Assembly: GCA_963833125.1 (NCBI GenBank) | Contig: CAWHWX010000014.1 | Span: forward strand, 32,001 to 96,000 | Direction of reading: 5' to 3' | DNA: 64,000 bases | From: Candidatus Bathyarchaeota archaeon | GTDB taxonomy: Archaea; Thermoproteota; Bathyarchaeia; 40CM-2-53-6 | Shown: in pieces, positions 20,270 to 34,272 of the stretch | How the letters are laid out: each line of letters starts with the position of its first letter | Position numbering within the stretch: the first letter of the stretch is position 1 | Notes under the pieces: generated by a model | The model's database searches: none | What the model was told of the DNA's origin: nothing | What the model saw: only the letters and a program-made list of their open reading frames with translations | Translations under genes and position numbers: made by a program

Positions 20270-21700
20270 ATGGCGAAGGTCTACGTTTACCTGTGGTTTG
20301 ATATTGAGGATTACGTTACTGAGGAGTCCCACGAACTTCCCCTTACGGCTTTCCGTATCTTAAGCAAATACAACGTGCCAGTCACCTGCAAGATGGTTGC
20401 GGAGAAAGTTCGCGCACTCAGAGACCGAGGCCGAGACGACGTAATCCAAGCAATATCTGAACACGATGTTGGATACCACCTCGACACCCATAGCAGACAT
20501 CCCACCCTGTACGAGTACCTCGCCGACTTGAATGTGCAGGCCGGTGCGAAAGAGTTCCTCACACGAGAGACCGACGGTCTCTTATTGGTTAAGCAGACTT
20601 TTGGTAGAGAACCTTCGTGTTTCGGTCATCCAGGACCAACATGGGCTCCACACGTCTATCCTGCTCTGCAAGAGATGGGAATTCCCCTGTACTTGGACGA
20701 AACGCGCATATTGAATCTTGAAAACGCGCCCTACTGGTATTGTGGACTTTTGAATCTTAATGGTGCAAATCGTAACTTCATCGTTTTCGATTTTAGCTTC
20801 GAGAACCCTCGCGCAATTGAGTCTTTGAAACGCAAATTCAAGGCTGCCTACCTCAGAATTCAACGAGATCAAAGAAGCGGTTTCGTTAGCATACTCTTTC
20901 ATCTGCACACGGCCATCAACAAGAAGTTCTGGGACGAGGTCAACTTCGGTCATGGCAAGAATCCTACAAAAGAAGAATACGTGCGCCCACCGCCTCAACC
21001 TCGCGATGTGACACTAAGGGCTTGGAACGATTTTGAAGAGCTGATCGATTACATCAAACACTTCAAAAATGTACAATTCATAACGGCAAGAGACGCGCAA
21101 AAGGTTTGCGAGGACACAGGTCCGCGAACTCTCAACCTAGCTCAACTGAAACTAGTTTCGAAACACTACAGTACTTCAACTGACTTTTGGAGGAAGGGGC
21201 AGGCTTGCCTCTCCCCAGCAGAAGCATTCTATGCCATCACCAACGCACTCGCCACTTTTGCTAATACAAGCAAAATTGTCGGGCAGATCAAGGTGGGGAT
21301 GCCCTTAGGGCCGATGGAATCGTTTCGAAGGAAAGGTAGAATGGCGATTCAAACACATGAATTTCTGGCCGCCATTCAGAACGTACTTGATTACATAGAC
21401 GCGGAAAAACATGTGCCAAGCATGATCGAAGTCGGTGCGCGCGCGTTAAGCCCCGAGAGCTTCCTTGTTACGGCCTCGAGATTGCTTAACAGAATTCTTT
21501 CAGGCAAGAAAATCCCAACGACAATGCACACGTCTGAGGGCAGACCACCCAACCTCAAGTACATCGATGATTCTAACTTCAGACAGGCATGCAAATGGAA
21601 TGTGTTACCTCTGAACTTCAAGGCTCCCCGGATACTTGAGCAAATCAAGCTCCAAGCGTGGACGCTTAAACCAGCAATCATACGCTCCGAAATGGCGTGA
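20270..21700 (+). CDS. Polysaccharide deacetylase/glycoside hydrolase-deacetylase-fold protein
   Basis: LWFDIEDY, HDVGYHLDTHSRHP metal triad. Confidence 0.65.
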   Translation: MAKVYVYLWFDIEDYVTEESHELPLTAFRILSKYNVPVTCKMVAEKVRALRDRGRDDVIQAISEHDVGYHLDTHSRHPTLYEYLADLNVQAGAKEFLTRETDGLLLVKQTFGREPSCFGHPGPTWAPHVYPALQEMGIPLYLDETRILNLENAPYWYCGLLNLNGANRNFIVFDFSFENPRAIESLKRKFKAAYLRIQRDQRSGFVSILFHLHTAINKKFWDEVNFGHGKNPTKEEYVRPPPQPRDVTLRAWNDFEELIDYIKHFKNVQFITARDAQKVCEDTGPRTLNLAQLKLVSKHYSTSTDFWRKGQACLSPAEAFYAITNALATFANTSKIVGQIKVGMPLGPMESFRRKGRMAIQTHEFLAAIQNVLDYIDAEKHVPSMIEVGARALSPESFLVTASRLLNRILSGKKIPTTMHTSEGRPPNLKYIDDSNFRQACKWNVLPLNFKAPRILEQIKLQAWTLKPAIIRSEMA

Positions 21701-21707
21701 TTCGATC

Positions 21708-23108
21708 ATGCATTCCGTGGACTTGGTTATCGAACAAGGAACGATTGTCTCACCAGAAACCAGCTTTGTTGCATCAATTGCCATTGACAATGGCAAGATA
21801 GTTGCGATGGGCCACCGAGCGACCATGCCCAGAAGCGACCGACGGATCGATGCCCACGGAAAAATGGTTCTCCCCGGAGCGATAGACGCGCATGTTCACA
21901 TTGGACAACCTTGGGAGGGAACGAAGCGACCGGTCTACTATGCCGAAGACATTGAGTCAGCAACTATGGCTTCAGCGATGGCCGGAACGACGACAATATG
22001 TGACATGCCGGACTCAATGCCTCTTGTTACATCGGAGTCAGTCTTCAAACGGAAGGTCCAGTTCTGGGCTGATAGGTCCTATGTTGATTACGGCCTGCAC
22101 GCCGGCTTTGTTCCTGATACTGATTTCGAGAGGCTCATACCACCATTATGGAGAGCCGGACCAACAGCCCTCAAGACATTCATGTGTTTTTCAGAGGATA
22201 TCTGGCCAGCAATGCTGGACGGAGAATTGTTCGATGCGCTCAAAGTGATAAGCGAAGTAAATGGTTTCGCAATTCTTCACGCTGAAAACGACAGCATGCT
22301 AACTCAAAACAAGAAGAAACTGGACAAGGAGCACCGAATCGATTTTCAATCCCATTTAGAGTGGCGGCCTCCCATAGTCGAATATGAAGCGGATCGAAGA
22401 GCCATCTTCCTCCTACGAGAGGCCCACACAAGAGGCCTGATTGTACATACCAGCGTTCCAGAAGGCGTAGGAGAAGTTTGCGCCGCACGCGCGAAGGGAC
22501 AGGAAGTCTACGTTGAGACTTGCCAACACTACTTGTACCTGACCGCTAAAGATGTCGAAAGACGTGGCCCGTGGGTGAAATGTTCCCCTCCCCTCCGTGA
22601 TAAGGCGAGAGTGCTTCAGCTTCGGCGTCAACTTGCAAATGGACAAATTGATTCCGTTGGTTCCGACCACTCACCGTTTAGCAAGGAAGATGTCAGGAGA
22701 TCAGAGTCGAACATATGGAAGGCCGAGGCCGGTATGCCAGAACTCGAAACAGGGATGCCGCTAATGCTGAATGGGGCGAAGGAGGGTTGGATTACTCTCA
22801 ACAGGGTGGTGGCATGCACCTCCGAGAACCCAGCTCGAATCTACGGCTTGTATCCAAGAAAGGGCACGATAAGCGTAGGGTCGGATGCGGACCTGATTGT
22901 TGTTGACATGAAAAGACGATGGAAGGTAAGGGATTCAGAGCTGAAAATGAAGAGCGGCTGGTCTCCCTATAATGGAAAGACGCTCAGCGGGACCCCAATA
23001 TTGACCATCGTCAGGGGATCTATTGTTATGGAGAGCCGCGAGATAGTTGGCGAAAAGGGTTATGGAAAATTCCAGCGACGTAATGAGCGAGCCAAAGCGG
23101 CCTCTTGA
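21708..23108 (+). CDS. Cyclic amidohydrolase (dihydroorotase/allantoinase/hydantoinase family)
   Basis: LPGAIDAHVH, DMP, LKTFM (carbamylated Lys), HAEN, ETCQHYL, KCSPPLR, GSDHSP, NPARIYGL. Confidence 0.9.
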   Translation: MHSVDLVIEQGTIVSPETSFVASIAIDNGKIVAMGHRATMPRSDRRIDAHGKMVLPGAIDAHVHIGQPWEGTKRPVYYAEDIESATMASAMAGTTTICDMPDSMPLVTSESVFKRKVQFWADRSYVDYGLHAGFVPDTDFERLIPPLWRAGPTALKTFMCFSEDIWPAMLDGELFDALKVISEVNGFAILHAENDSMLTQNKKKLDKEHRIDFQSHLEWRPPIVEYEADRRAIFLLREAHTRGLIVHTSVPEGVGEVCAARAKGQEVYVETCQHYLYLTAKDVERRGPWVKCSPPLRDKARVLQLRRQLANGQIDSVGSDHSPFSKEDVRRSESNIWKAEAGMPELETGMPLMLNGAKEGWITLNRVVACTSENPARIYGLYPRKGTISVGSDADLIVVDMKRRWKVRDSELKMKSGWSPYNGKTLSGTPILTIVRGSIVMESREIVGEKGYGKFQRRNERAKAAS

Positions 23109-23137
23109 TTATCAAACAGCAACGTCAAGTATTATTC

Positions 23138-24094
23138 TTAGCCAGATACGAATAACCTACTCTTTACGCCCTTTTCATCGATGTTTACGATGATTCCGCG
23201 CAAGATACCTTCACCATATTCGCTGCCAGGGTTATAGCAGATAGTCTTCCCTATCTTCGCTTCTCCTCTCGCTTCATGAATGTGTCCATGAAGTGCCATC
23301 ATGGGTTGGTACTTTTCAATCGTCTTTCGGACAGCTGTGCTTCCAACCGCAATCATCTCGACGCCGGTTCCTGGGGAGACAACTGGTTTGAGGTCTTTGC
23401 CTATCCTTGGGGCCACATCTATGCCTGAATTGTAAGGAGGACAGTGAAAGTTGAATATGCATCGATTCATATCTTTTACCTGTGAGGCCATGGATTCGAT
23501 CTTATTCTCCAGTTCCTGTTCGCTGCTCTCGCGAGGACTATCCCAAGGAGTTGGATTGCTGAATCCTGAACTGATCATTTCGTGGTGATCATCGATCATG
23601 ACAACTTTTCCCTCAGGGTTTACGATAGTGTTTGAAGAATTCAGAACGTCGTCTATTGCGAAGGAGTCGTCGTTTCCAGGCGTCATGTAGATCTTTGCTT
23701 TGAGATCTTTCAGGCGCTGCTCTGCAAGCTCCATCCATCGTTTGAGGGTCTCAGCCATGAGTTGGTTGAAGAGTGCGTCAACCTTCGTTGGATCTTTATT
23801 CAACGCCTCCATCTCTGTTGAATTGGTGTAGTATGGATAGAATCCGTTGAATCGAATATTATCCTCAAGTTTCTGCACCTCGGCTTTGTCCTTTACGATC
23901 ACCTCGGTTCCTAGGAGCTTTGACCTGAAGGTGTTTTCATCGACCTTGACGATGGGGACGATCATTTTACCTGTCATATCGCCGCCCATTATCACAACAT
24001 GAGCGTCATACATCTTGGCAGCGTTGAGAAACTTGATGAAGACTCTTTCGGAGCCGTGCAGGTCAGTTGTATAAAATATCCTAGTTATTGCCAT
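23138..24094 (-). CDS. Calcineurin-like (Icc-related) metallophosphoesterase
   Basis: DLHGS, GGD, PGNDD, HCPP, GHIHE, NPGS. Confidence 0.88.
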   Translation of the reverse strand: MAITRIFYTTDLHGSERVFIKFLNAAKMYDAHVVIMGGDMTGKMIVPIVKVDENTFRSKLLGTEVIVKDKAEVQKLEDNIRFNGFYPYYTNSTEMEALNKDPTKVDALFNQLMAETLKRWMELAEQRLKDLKAKIYMTPGNDDSFAIDDVLNSSNTIVNPEGKVVMIDDHHEMISSGFSNPTPWDSPRESSEQELENKIESMASQVKDMNRCIFNFHCPPYNSGIDVAPRIGKDLKPVVSPGTGVEMIAVGSTAVRKTIEKYQPMMALHGHIHEARGEAKIGKTICYNPGSEYGEGILRGIIVNIDEKGVKSRLFVSG

Positions 24095-24900
24095 TCTTTT
24101 ACATCTCTAATTGCTTCATCAACTTCATTGTACCATTTCTTTTTCTCGCCAATCCTGGCACGAAATTTGAATCGTGATGTCTTAGGTTCGTCTTCTATTC
24201 GCGCTATTAATTGGTTGATCTTTGATTTGACGTCGTCTTTGTCTTGTTTTTCTATCTTGAAGTCCTCCAACAGCAGCTCGGTTTTCTTGAGGTTGTTCGT
24301 CACTGTGTGGCAGAAGCCCCAGTTTTCGCTCATTAGTTTCGCGATGTAATTCGCGTTTATCGATTCCTTGTCAGAATCTGATATTGGATGGGCTCGGATG
24401 AGGAGGACAGCGTCTTTGACGTCTTTCTCGTTAATTTCATGGATTTGCAGCTTTGCGAGCAGAAGGTCGGCGACTGGGATTGTTGGAGTGTCGACTTCAA
24501 GTCGTTTGCTGAGATCAATTAGATGGCTCATTTCGATTTTGTCGAAGAATATGTCAGCGTTTAAGCCACTGCCGTCTTCCACGTATATCTGCCTATAGGC
24601 CCAAATCGCAGGTGTTTTTCTGATCCTTGGCTCAGCATTGAAACCATTGCGCTTGAAGAATGGTTCCAACTTTCCGCGGGTCTTATCGTGAGTTATGAGA
24701 TCGATGTCTGCGAATGCGATTTCTCTATCTAGTTTGTGGAAGAGATCTAGAAATTCTTGACTATGTACTCTTACAGCCAAGCCACCAAGTATCCTTAGGA
24801 CTAGGCCCTCCTTCTGTGCATTTTCGACTAAGCCGCAAGCCCTAGAACGAGAATATTCCGAAGAAAACGGGGTTTTTCCACGGTCTTCCATCTGCCACAC
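24085..24900 (-). CDS. Uncharacterised Pol-beta-superfamily nucleotidyltransferase
   Basis: LRILGGLAV...DIDL, third Asp in ADIF, C-terminal K.Q....KD..D. Confidence 0.7.
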   Translation of the reverse strand: MWQMEDRGKTPFSSEYSRSRACGLVENAQKEGLVLRILGGLAVRVHSQEFLDLFHKLDREIAFADIDLITHDKTRGKLEPFFKRNGFNAEPRIRKTPAIWAYRQIYVEDGSGLNADIFFDKIEMSHLIDLSKRLEVDTPTIPVADLLLAKLQIHEINEKDVKDAVLLIRAHPISDSDKESINANYIAKLMSENWGFCHTVTNNLKKTELLLEDFKIEKQDKDDVKSKINQLIARIEDEPKTSRFKFRARIGEKKKWYNEVDEAIRDVKEWQ

Positions 24901-24910
24901 GCAGTCGCGC

Positions 24911-26540
24911 TTAGCTTGGAGGTATCTCTTTAAAGACTAGCGATAGGTCGAGCCCTCGTGATTTCTGTACACTTCTTGCCACCAAGAAGACGACTAAACC
25001 AATCACGAAGATTAGACCAAGTATTACGAGTGATATGTTAGACAGATTCGCAGGAATGCCGGCGTAGCTTGGGTTAATGGCCACCATCACATCCATTGCA
25101 ATTACTGAGAGAGCTCCAAGTATACCGAAGATCGTTATTATGGGCACACCTGCGACTCTCTTCTTAACGTATGTCGGTTGCGCTTCGAACATGTCCTTCT
25201 TTATGAACGGAAAGGCAGCCCCAGCCGCGCACGCCACCAACCAAGCCGTGTTGTATCCGGTAGTGAAATTGGAGTATGAAAATGCTATAGGGAAAATCAG
25301 TTGGTAGAAGGCAATCCCGAATATCGCGAATATCGTGATAGTGATTACTGAACGTACGGGCGTGTGGTATTTCGTATTGACCTCAGAGAACCAACTTGGT
25401 ATAACACCGTCAAAGCTCCATGCAAACATGTTACGAGTAGCAATGAGGTAGTATGACATTGCTAGCAAGTAGAGCCATGATATCATCCCTACCAAGGTTA
25501 GAATGACCATCCAAATATTCGGCACCGCAATGTCGACGATAAGTGGCAAGAACGGAGAGACTGGCAAAGTGTAGGATGAAGGAACATTGAAGGCAAGGTA
25601 ACTTAGTGAGGACATGAACTCATACCCTGTTGCGTTGAACAGAGCCACTCCGATCAAGGTGTCGAAAACAAAAATGCCTACGAGTGCTCCAATCGTTGAC
25701 CAAACGGCAGTTTTGCTTACTTCTTTAATTTCGCCTGAAAAGAAGTTAACGATATTTGCGCCTCCTAGCGTGAAGTAGCTTATGGGTAGAGTAATCATCG
25801 TTCCCGCCAACACGGCGCCCCAGTTTACTGCGATATTCATGCCATTGCTGTGAGCAGATTGGATGAACATTTGGTAGCTATTCGTGCTGTTCGTATATGG
25901 ATGAGCGAACGTGTTGAACGAATGTTATGAAGCTGCTAAGCGGAGTTGTACCAAGGACTACGATCCAGACAATGACGGTTATCATTCCGAGAACAAAAGT
26001 GATCAGGTTCACGGCTTTGAGCCATTTCACATCGGCAATCATTAACACCATAATGAACAGCATCGTGACCGTGCCGATGACGAAACCCCAAATCGGCTGA
26101 GTCGCAGCCTGCCCCAGTGACGTCAAGTAGCTGTCACTTAGGGCGGCCCCACCGACCGTAAGGGAGGTAGAAACGGCAGTTCCAGCCATGAAGAGACAGT
26201 TCCATGCGATACCAAGTATGGATAGCACGGTCCAGAAGAAATTGTTCGCGAAACCTAGAGTCGGGTTAACGATTCTGCTAACGAACACATAGTCCCCTCC
26301 CGATCTAGGCATAGCAACTGTGATCTGAGAATAAGTCAGGACGACGAACAGGTTGAGAACCATCGCGATGAACAAACTAAGGGCATAATTGTAGCCTGGA
26401 GCAAATGCCAAACTACTTGAGTAGACGAGAAGAGTGCCCGATCCTAAGTTAATTGCACCCACAGCGATAATGAGCGTATCGAAAACTCCGAACGGTCTCG
26501 TAAGTCCTGTCGCTTTTCTGATGAAAACTTCCTTGCTCAA
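24911..26540 (-). CDS. APC-family permease (frameshift ~25900)
   Basis: FIRKATGL, AMPRSGGDYVFVSR, GEIK, RNMFAWSFDG..P, FKEIPP; ~12-14 TM over two ORFs. Confidence 0.88.
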
Positions 26541-26680
26541 TTTTTCTCAAGCTAGAATCGATGCTATGACTATTTAACAGTTCGCGCCGTGTTTTAATTT
26601 GACGGAAATCGCGAAACGTTGGCTTAGCCAAAAGTAAAAAGTATAGAGAATATACCATAAATCAGCAAGCGAATGGGAAT

Positions 26681-27202
26681 TTGACCAAACCAAACCACAT
26701 AGCATATCACCATCTAGACGAGCTCGACATGAGAATAATTGCGGAGCTGCAGAAGGATTGCAGAGCCCCACTCATGATCCTGGCTAAGAGACTAGGTACT
26801 TCCAAGTCAACGATTCACTATCGGATAAGTCGACTCGAAAAGGATGGCATCATTGAGGGATATTATGCATACATTAGCCCCCTCAAACTGCGTCGGGAAT
26901 ACGCGGCTATTGTCCTCACGAGAGCCAGGACGGGAATCGGCTTAGACCAGAGGATGAGGATCGGCAAACGAATTGCAGCTGTCCCTGGGATTTGGGGCGT
27001 CTATGCGGTCTTTGGAGAGTACGATTTCATATTTCTAGTCAGGGCGGACTCGCGCCAGGATCTCGCTGAGAAAGTGAACGCAGTCACAACCATACGCGAC
27101 GTTGACCGGACTAGCTCCCAAATCGTAGAGATCGTAATAAAGGAGGATTCTAGGATCGAAATGGAAGAAAGGAAAAGATCCAGAACTTCATCCGCTAGAT
27201 AG
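26681..27202 (+). CDS. Lrp/AsnC transcriptional regulator
   Basis: LDELDMRII.ELQKDCR HTH, RISRLEKDGIIEGY, GEYDF; divergent from the permease operon. Confidence 0.92.
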   Translation: MTKPNHIAYHHLDELDMRIIAELQKDCRAPLMILAKRLGTSKSTIHYRISRLEKDGIIEGYYAYISPLKLRREYAAIVLTRARTGIGLDQRMRIGKRIAAVPGIWGVYAVFGEYDFIFLVRADSRQDLAEKVNAVTTIRDVDRTSSQIVEIVIKEDSRIEMEERKRSRTSSAR

Positions 27203-27307
27203 CACCCCGTGCAACTCAGGTGCTAGAGTTCAGGCTGATTTACTGAACTGAATCTACAATCAATACTCTTTTATCGTCAACTTCTGAATTTCGTTTGCCG
27301 ATTTCCC

Positions 27308-28258
27308 ATGTCGTTCAAAGGAAGAGATATCATATCCCTGGGAGATTTCACTCGAAAAGATATTGATCTGGTTCTTTCGACCGCAAGAAAATTGGAGCCG
27401 ATCGCAGCTAAACGTAGGCGTAGTACGCTTCTGAAGAATAACCTTCTCGCGACGTTGTTTTTTGAGCCGAGCACTCGTACGAGATTGAGTTTTGAGGCTG
27501 CGATGCAGCGGTTGGGCGGTGGGGTAATTGGTTTCGCCGATCCCAAAACGTCGCGAGCTGGCGATTGGCGCGGTGAAACTCTTGAGGACACTATCAAAGT
27601 CGTCAACGAATACGCCGACGTAATTGTAATGCGCAACTTCATCGAGGGAACTGCTGCTACCGCTGCCAAGGCCGCAAAGGTTCCGGTGATCAATGCGGGT
27701 GATGGCTCGAATGAGCACCCGACGCAGGGTTTACTCGACTTATACACGATCTTGCGTGAGAAGAAGAAAATCGACGGTCTTACAGTCGGCTTGGTGGGAG
27801 ATTTGAGGAACGAGCGAACGTTCCATTCAATGGCTTATGGACTCGCTAATTTCAAAGTAAATCTCATCTTCGTCCACCCGCCAGGTACAAGCTTACCTGA
27901 CCCGATACTGGCGAGGATCAACGAAAGAGGATTGTCGACACGTACGGTTACGAGACTTGAAGAAGTGGTTCACGAACTTGACGTGCTGTACACTGACACT
28001 ACTCGTAAAGAGGCGTTCAAGGACGAAAACGAATTCGACAAATTCCATGCGGCATATCCGCACATCAATCTGAAGACACTTGAACACGCTAAGAAGGGCA
28101 TGATGATCCTGCACCCCTTACCGAGGACTGACGGCATTGACTTCCAACTCGACCCGAAAGTCGACTCGACACCGTACGCCTACTACTTCAAAGAAGTATT
28201 CTATGGAGTAGTCGCGAGAATGGCAATTCTAAGCCTAGTCTTAGGAGCCAAAGTATAA
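27308..28258 (+). CDS. Aspartate carbamoyltransferase-like protein with altered acceptor site
   Basis: FFEPSTRTRLSFE, NAGDG..EHPTQ, HPLPR intact; YxTRxQxER replaced by YTDTTRKE. Confidence 0.8.
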   Translation: MSFKGRDIISLGDFTRKDIDLVLSTARKLEPIAAKRRRSTLLKNNLLATLFFEPSTRTRLSFEAAMQRLGGGVIGFADPKTSRAGDWRGETLEDTIKVVNEYADVIVMRNFIEGTAATAAKAAKVPVINAGDGSNEHPTQGLLDLYTILREKKKIDGLTVGLVGDLRNERTFHSMAYGLANFKVNLIFVHPPGTSLPDPILARINERGLSTRTVTRLEEVVHELDVLYTDTTRKEAFKDENEFDKFHAAYPHINLKTLEHAKKGMMILHPLPRTDGIDFQLDPKVDSTPYAYYFKEVFYGVVARMAILSLVLGAKV

Positions 28259-28355
28259 TCCCGTGCGAGCCGTGACTAGCTGCTCCACTAATCCTGAAGG
28301 ATACCAGACACTAACCTAAATTCGAACTGTGCACCTCATCGATTGAGCGCCAACA

Positions 28356-29091
28356 TTGAAGAAATACCGTAGAACGCTCGGAATACTCGGCGGAATGGGA
28401 CCAGAGGCCACTGCCGCTCTCTACTTGGGCATAGTTAGCAGATGTCAACGGAAATTAGCGGCCAAGTATAACTCCGATTTTCCACAAATCATCATCAACA
28501 GTGCACCTGTTCCCGACGGCCGCATGTGGACAGGGTTCAGCAAGCGTAAGGTTGAACGATTCCTCCGAGACAACATCAAAATTCTGCAAAAAGTCGGAGC
28601 AGATTTCGTCGCCGTACCCTGCAACTCTGTCCACTACTTCATGCCGACCATGCGGGGCGCTGTGCAGATTCCAGTGCTCAGCATCGTAGAGGAAACTGCG
28701 AAAGCGGTCCGAGAAAGAAATCTATCAAAGATACTACTGCTCGCCACAACGTTCACCGCAAACCAAGACGTCTACGACAATTCCTTCTCGACCAAAGGAA
28801 TAGAACTCATAAAACCTAACCGCACGCGAGCAACACATCATCGAACACATCATCGTTAGAGTGGAAGGCGGAAAGCGGTTACACCGCGACAAGAAAACAA
28901 TTCTGAACATTATCAGGAGACACCGAAAGTTGAACGGTGTGGAAGGCGTCGTAGCCGGTTGCACGGAGATTCCTCTCCTGCTGAACCAAGAAGAGCTAGA
29001 GGTCCCTCTCTTCGACACGATCGACGTTCTAGCATCCGAGTCTTACGAGTTGATCACCGGTAGGCGCAGCTTCGCAAATTCCCGAGACTAA
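28356..29091 (+). CDS. Aspartate/glutamate racemase family protein (frameshift ~28820)
   Basis: GILGGMGPEAT, PCNSVH, AGCTEIP catalytic Cys pair. Confidence 0.88.
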
Positions 29092-29181
29092 TCAAATTAG
29101 GCAAGGGACTTCAAATGGCCAACTACTGGCGTGGAGAACGTTTAATGTGTGGACACTGCTGAGCGGTCAGTCGATTGCAAT

Positions 29182-29937
29182 TTGGAACTAGAGAATAAAG
29201 TTGCGATAGTTACCGGCGGGAGTTCGGGAATCGGACGAGCAATAGCCGTGTTATTTGCTAAGGAGGGTGCTAAGGTCGTGGTTGCAGACATTAACTCAGC
29301 GGAAGAAGTTCTCAAAACGATTCGTCAGAATGGTGGTCGTGCAGAATTCATCAAGACCGATGTAAGCGATAGTTCTCAGGTAAAGCGTCTGGTGGATGAG
29401 ACGTTGCGGTTGTTTGGGGCAGTGGATATTGTCTGCAACAATGCCGGAATAGAACTCTTGAAGTTGCTTACTGATACCGGCGAGAACGAATGGGACAGGG
29501 TCATTGACACAAATCTAAAAGGCCCTTTCCTCGTCTGTAAGTACGTGCTACCTCACATGATTAGCAGAAGGCGTGGTGTGATCGTCAACACTGCCTCCCA
29601 GCTCGGTATTGTAGGGGCTGAGAAGTTCACCGCCTATTGTGCTTCCAAAGGCGGTCTTATTCTCCTGACAAAAGCATTGGCGTTGGAGTGTGCGAAGTAT
29701 GGTATTCGCGTAAACTCCATCTGCCCAGGAGCAATTGAAACACCCTTGCTCGAGAGAGAAGTAAACCTCGACAAGGATCCTGAGGAGGCTAAGATGCGGT
29801 TTGTAAGCAAACATCCGCTTGGCCGGTTGGGAAATCCGGAAGAGATTGCTAATGCCGCCCTATTCCTGGCATCTGATAGATCTTCGTTTGTTACGGGTGA
29901 ATCATTGGTCGTGGACGGCGGCTACGTCGTTCAATGA
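29182..29937 (+). CDS. Short-chain dehydrogenase/reductase
   Basis: TGGSSGIG, NNAG, YCASK, DGG. Confidence 0.92.
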   Translation: MELENKVAIVTGGSSGIGRAIAVLFAKEGAKVVVADINSAEEVLKTIRQNGGRAEFIKTDVSDSSQVKRLVDETLRLFGAVDIVCNNAGIELLKLLTDTGENEWDRVIDTNLKGPFLVCKYVLPHMISRRRGVIVNTASQLGIVGAEKFTAYCASKGGLILLTKALALECAKYGIRVNSICPGAIETPLLEREVNLDKDPEEAKMRFVSKHPLGRLGNPEEIANAALFLASDRSSFVTGESLVVDGGYVVQ

Positions 29938-30016
29938 GGTCGGTGGTCGATTCGTTAACCCAAAACCTAATTCCCTTTGAGGCCTTTATTGAGTCAATCT
30001 TTGAATGGTGAGTTCG

Positions 30017-33447
<3,431 letters not shown>

Positions 33448-33546
33448 TCCTTTCGCCGCAGGTCAGAACGTAGCCTGACCCAAATAGCTTGTTCGTGGAA
33501 CTATCAGAACGGGTATGAATCCCAGCCCAGAAGTCAGGGTCATTCT

Positions 33547-33572
33547 GTGTGTGCGCACTATTAGACCCACAC
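33547..33572 (+). repeat. GTGTGTG..CACAC site
   Basis: GTGTGTG-CGCACTA-TTAGACC-CACAC. Confidence 0.7.
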
Positions 33573-33619
33573 TAACTTCGGAAGGCAGATATCAGAGATA
33601 GTTCGATTGCGAGCTCAGG

Positions 33620-34204
33620 ATGCACTCCTTGCCCCGTGTTGTGTCCTTGCCCGTCCTCAGGCACTCTATTCCAGTAGGAATCGAATATGGATCGAATTTG
33701 CTGGTGGAATTTACGCCGGATTCTATTTGGTATGAAACGTCGTTTACAATCGCAGCCGGCGCCTTGAAGGATGGCTTGAAAACTCAGTATCATACATTCC
33801 AACGTAGTCCTGACGAGGTTAGAGAAAACCCCACGAAGCTCGATTTGAATGTTAAGAAACTTGAAGAAGGCGGTGTTCTGAGAATCCTCGATAGTTATAC
33901 TACTCAACTGGGGTTGCGTGGAACCGAGGAGACTGGGAGACTCAAACTTTCCGACATCAGCATTGTACAGTCTCAGAGGTTGAAGGCGGGTTACCCTGAG
34001 GAACAAAAGGGCTGGTTGCACATAGACGATAACCTTACAGTTTTCAACAGATACAACTCAGAAAACACGATTGTGGACTGGATTAGGACCCGGTCTATAC
34101 CCGACACGAAATTGAACGAAGACCGTCGTTGTCGGTACCCATGGTGCTCGTCGTCGGGTCTACTGGTGCGAGCATCGGAATTTGAACCGTCATTGTGTGT
34201 GTAG
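33620..34204 (+). pseudogene. KaiC/RAD55-like RecA-fold protein, degenerate Walker A, truncated near 34120
   Basis: GIEYGSNLLVEFTPDS, SPDEVRE, LEEGGVLRILDSY, IDDN; the tail reads through the repeat at 34151. Confidence 0.6.
34151..34191 (-). repeat. tRNA 3'-end hybrid site
   Basis: rc: gacgg-TTCAAAT-tccga-tgctcgc-a-CCA-gtagacc-cgac. Confidence 0.75.
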
Positions 34205-34222
34205 TACTAATGATGCACACAC
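34195..34222 (-). repeat. 28-bp GTGTGTG..CACACAC site
   Basis: rc: GTGTGTGCATCA-TTAGTAC-TACACACAC. Confidence 0.75.
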
Positions 34223-34272
34223 CACCGGACTATGTGACTGATAGGAGCAGATTGAATGCGATCCTTCACTAT

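Noticed and set aside
27308-28258. Calling the gene pyrB and 21708..23108 pyrC
   Set aside because: Aspartate-binding residues are changed, the DHOase HxR after the metal His pair is absent (HVHIG), and no other pyr genes are present.
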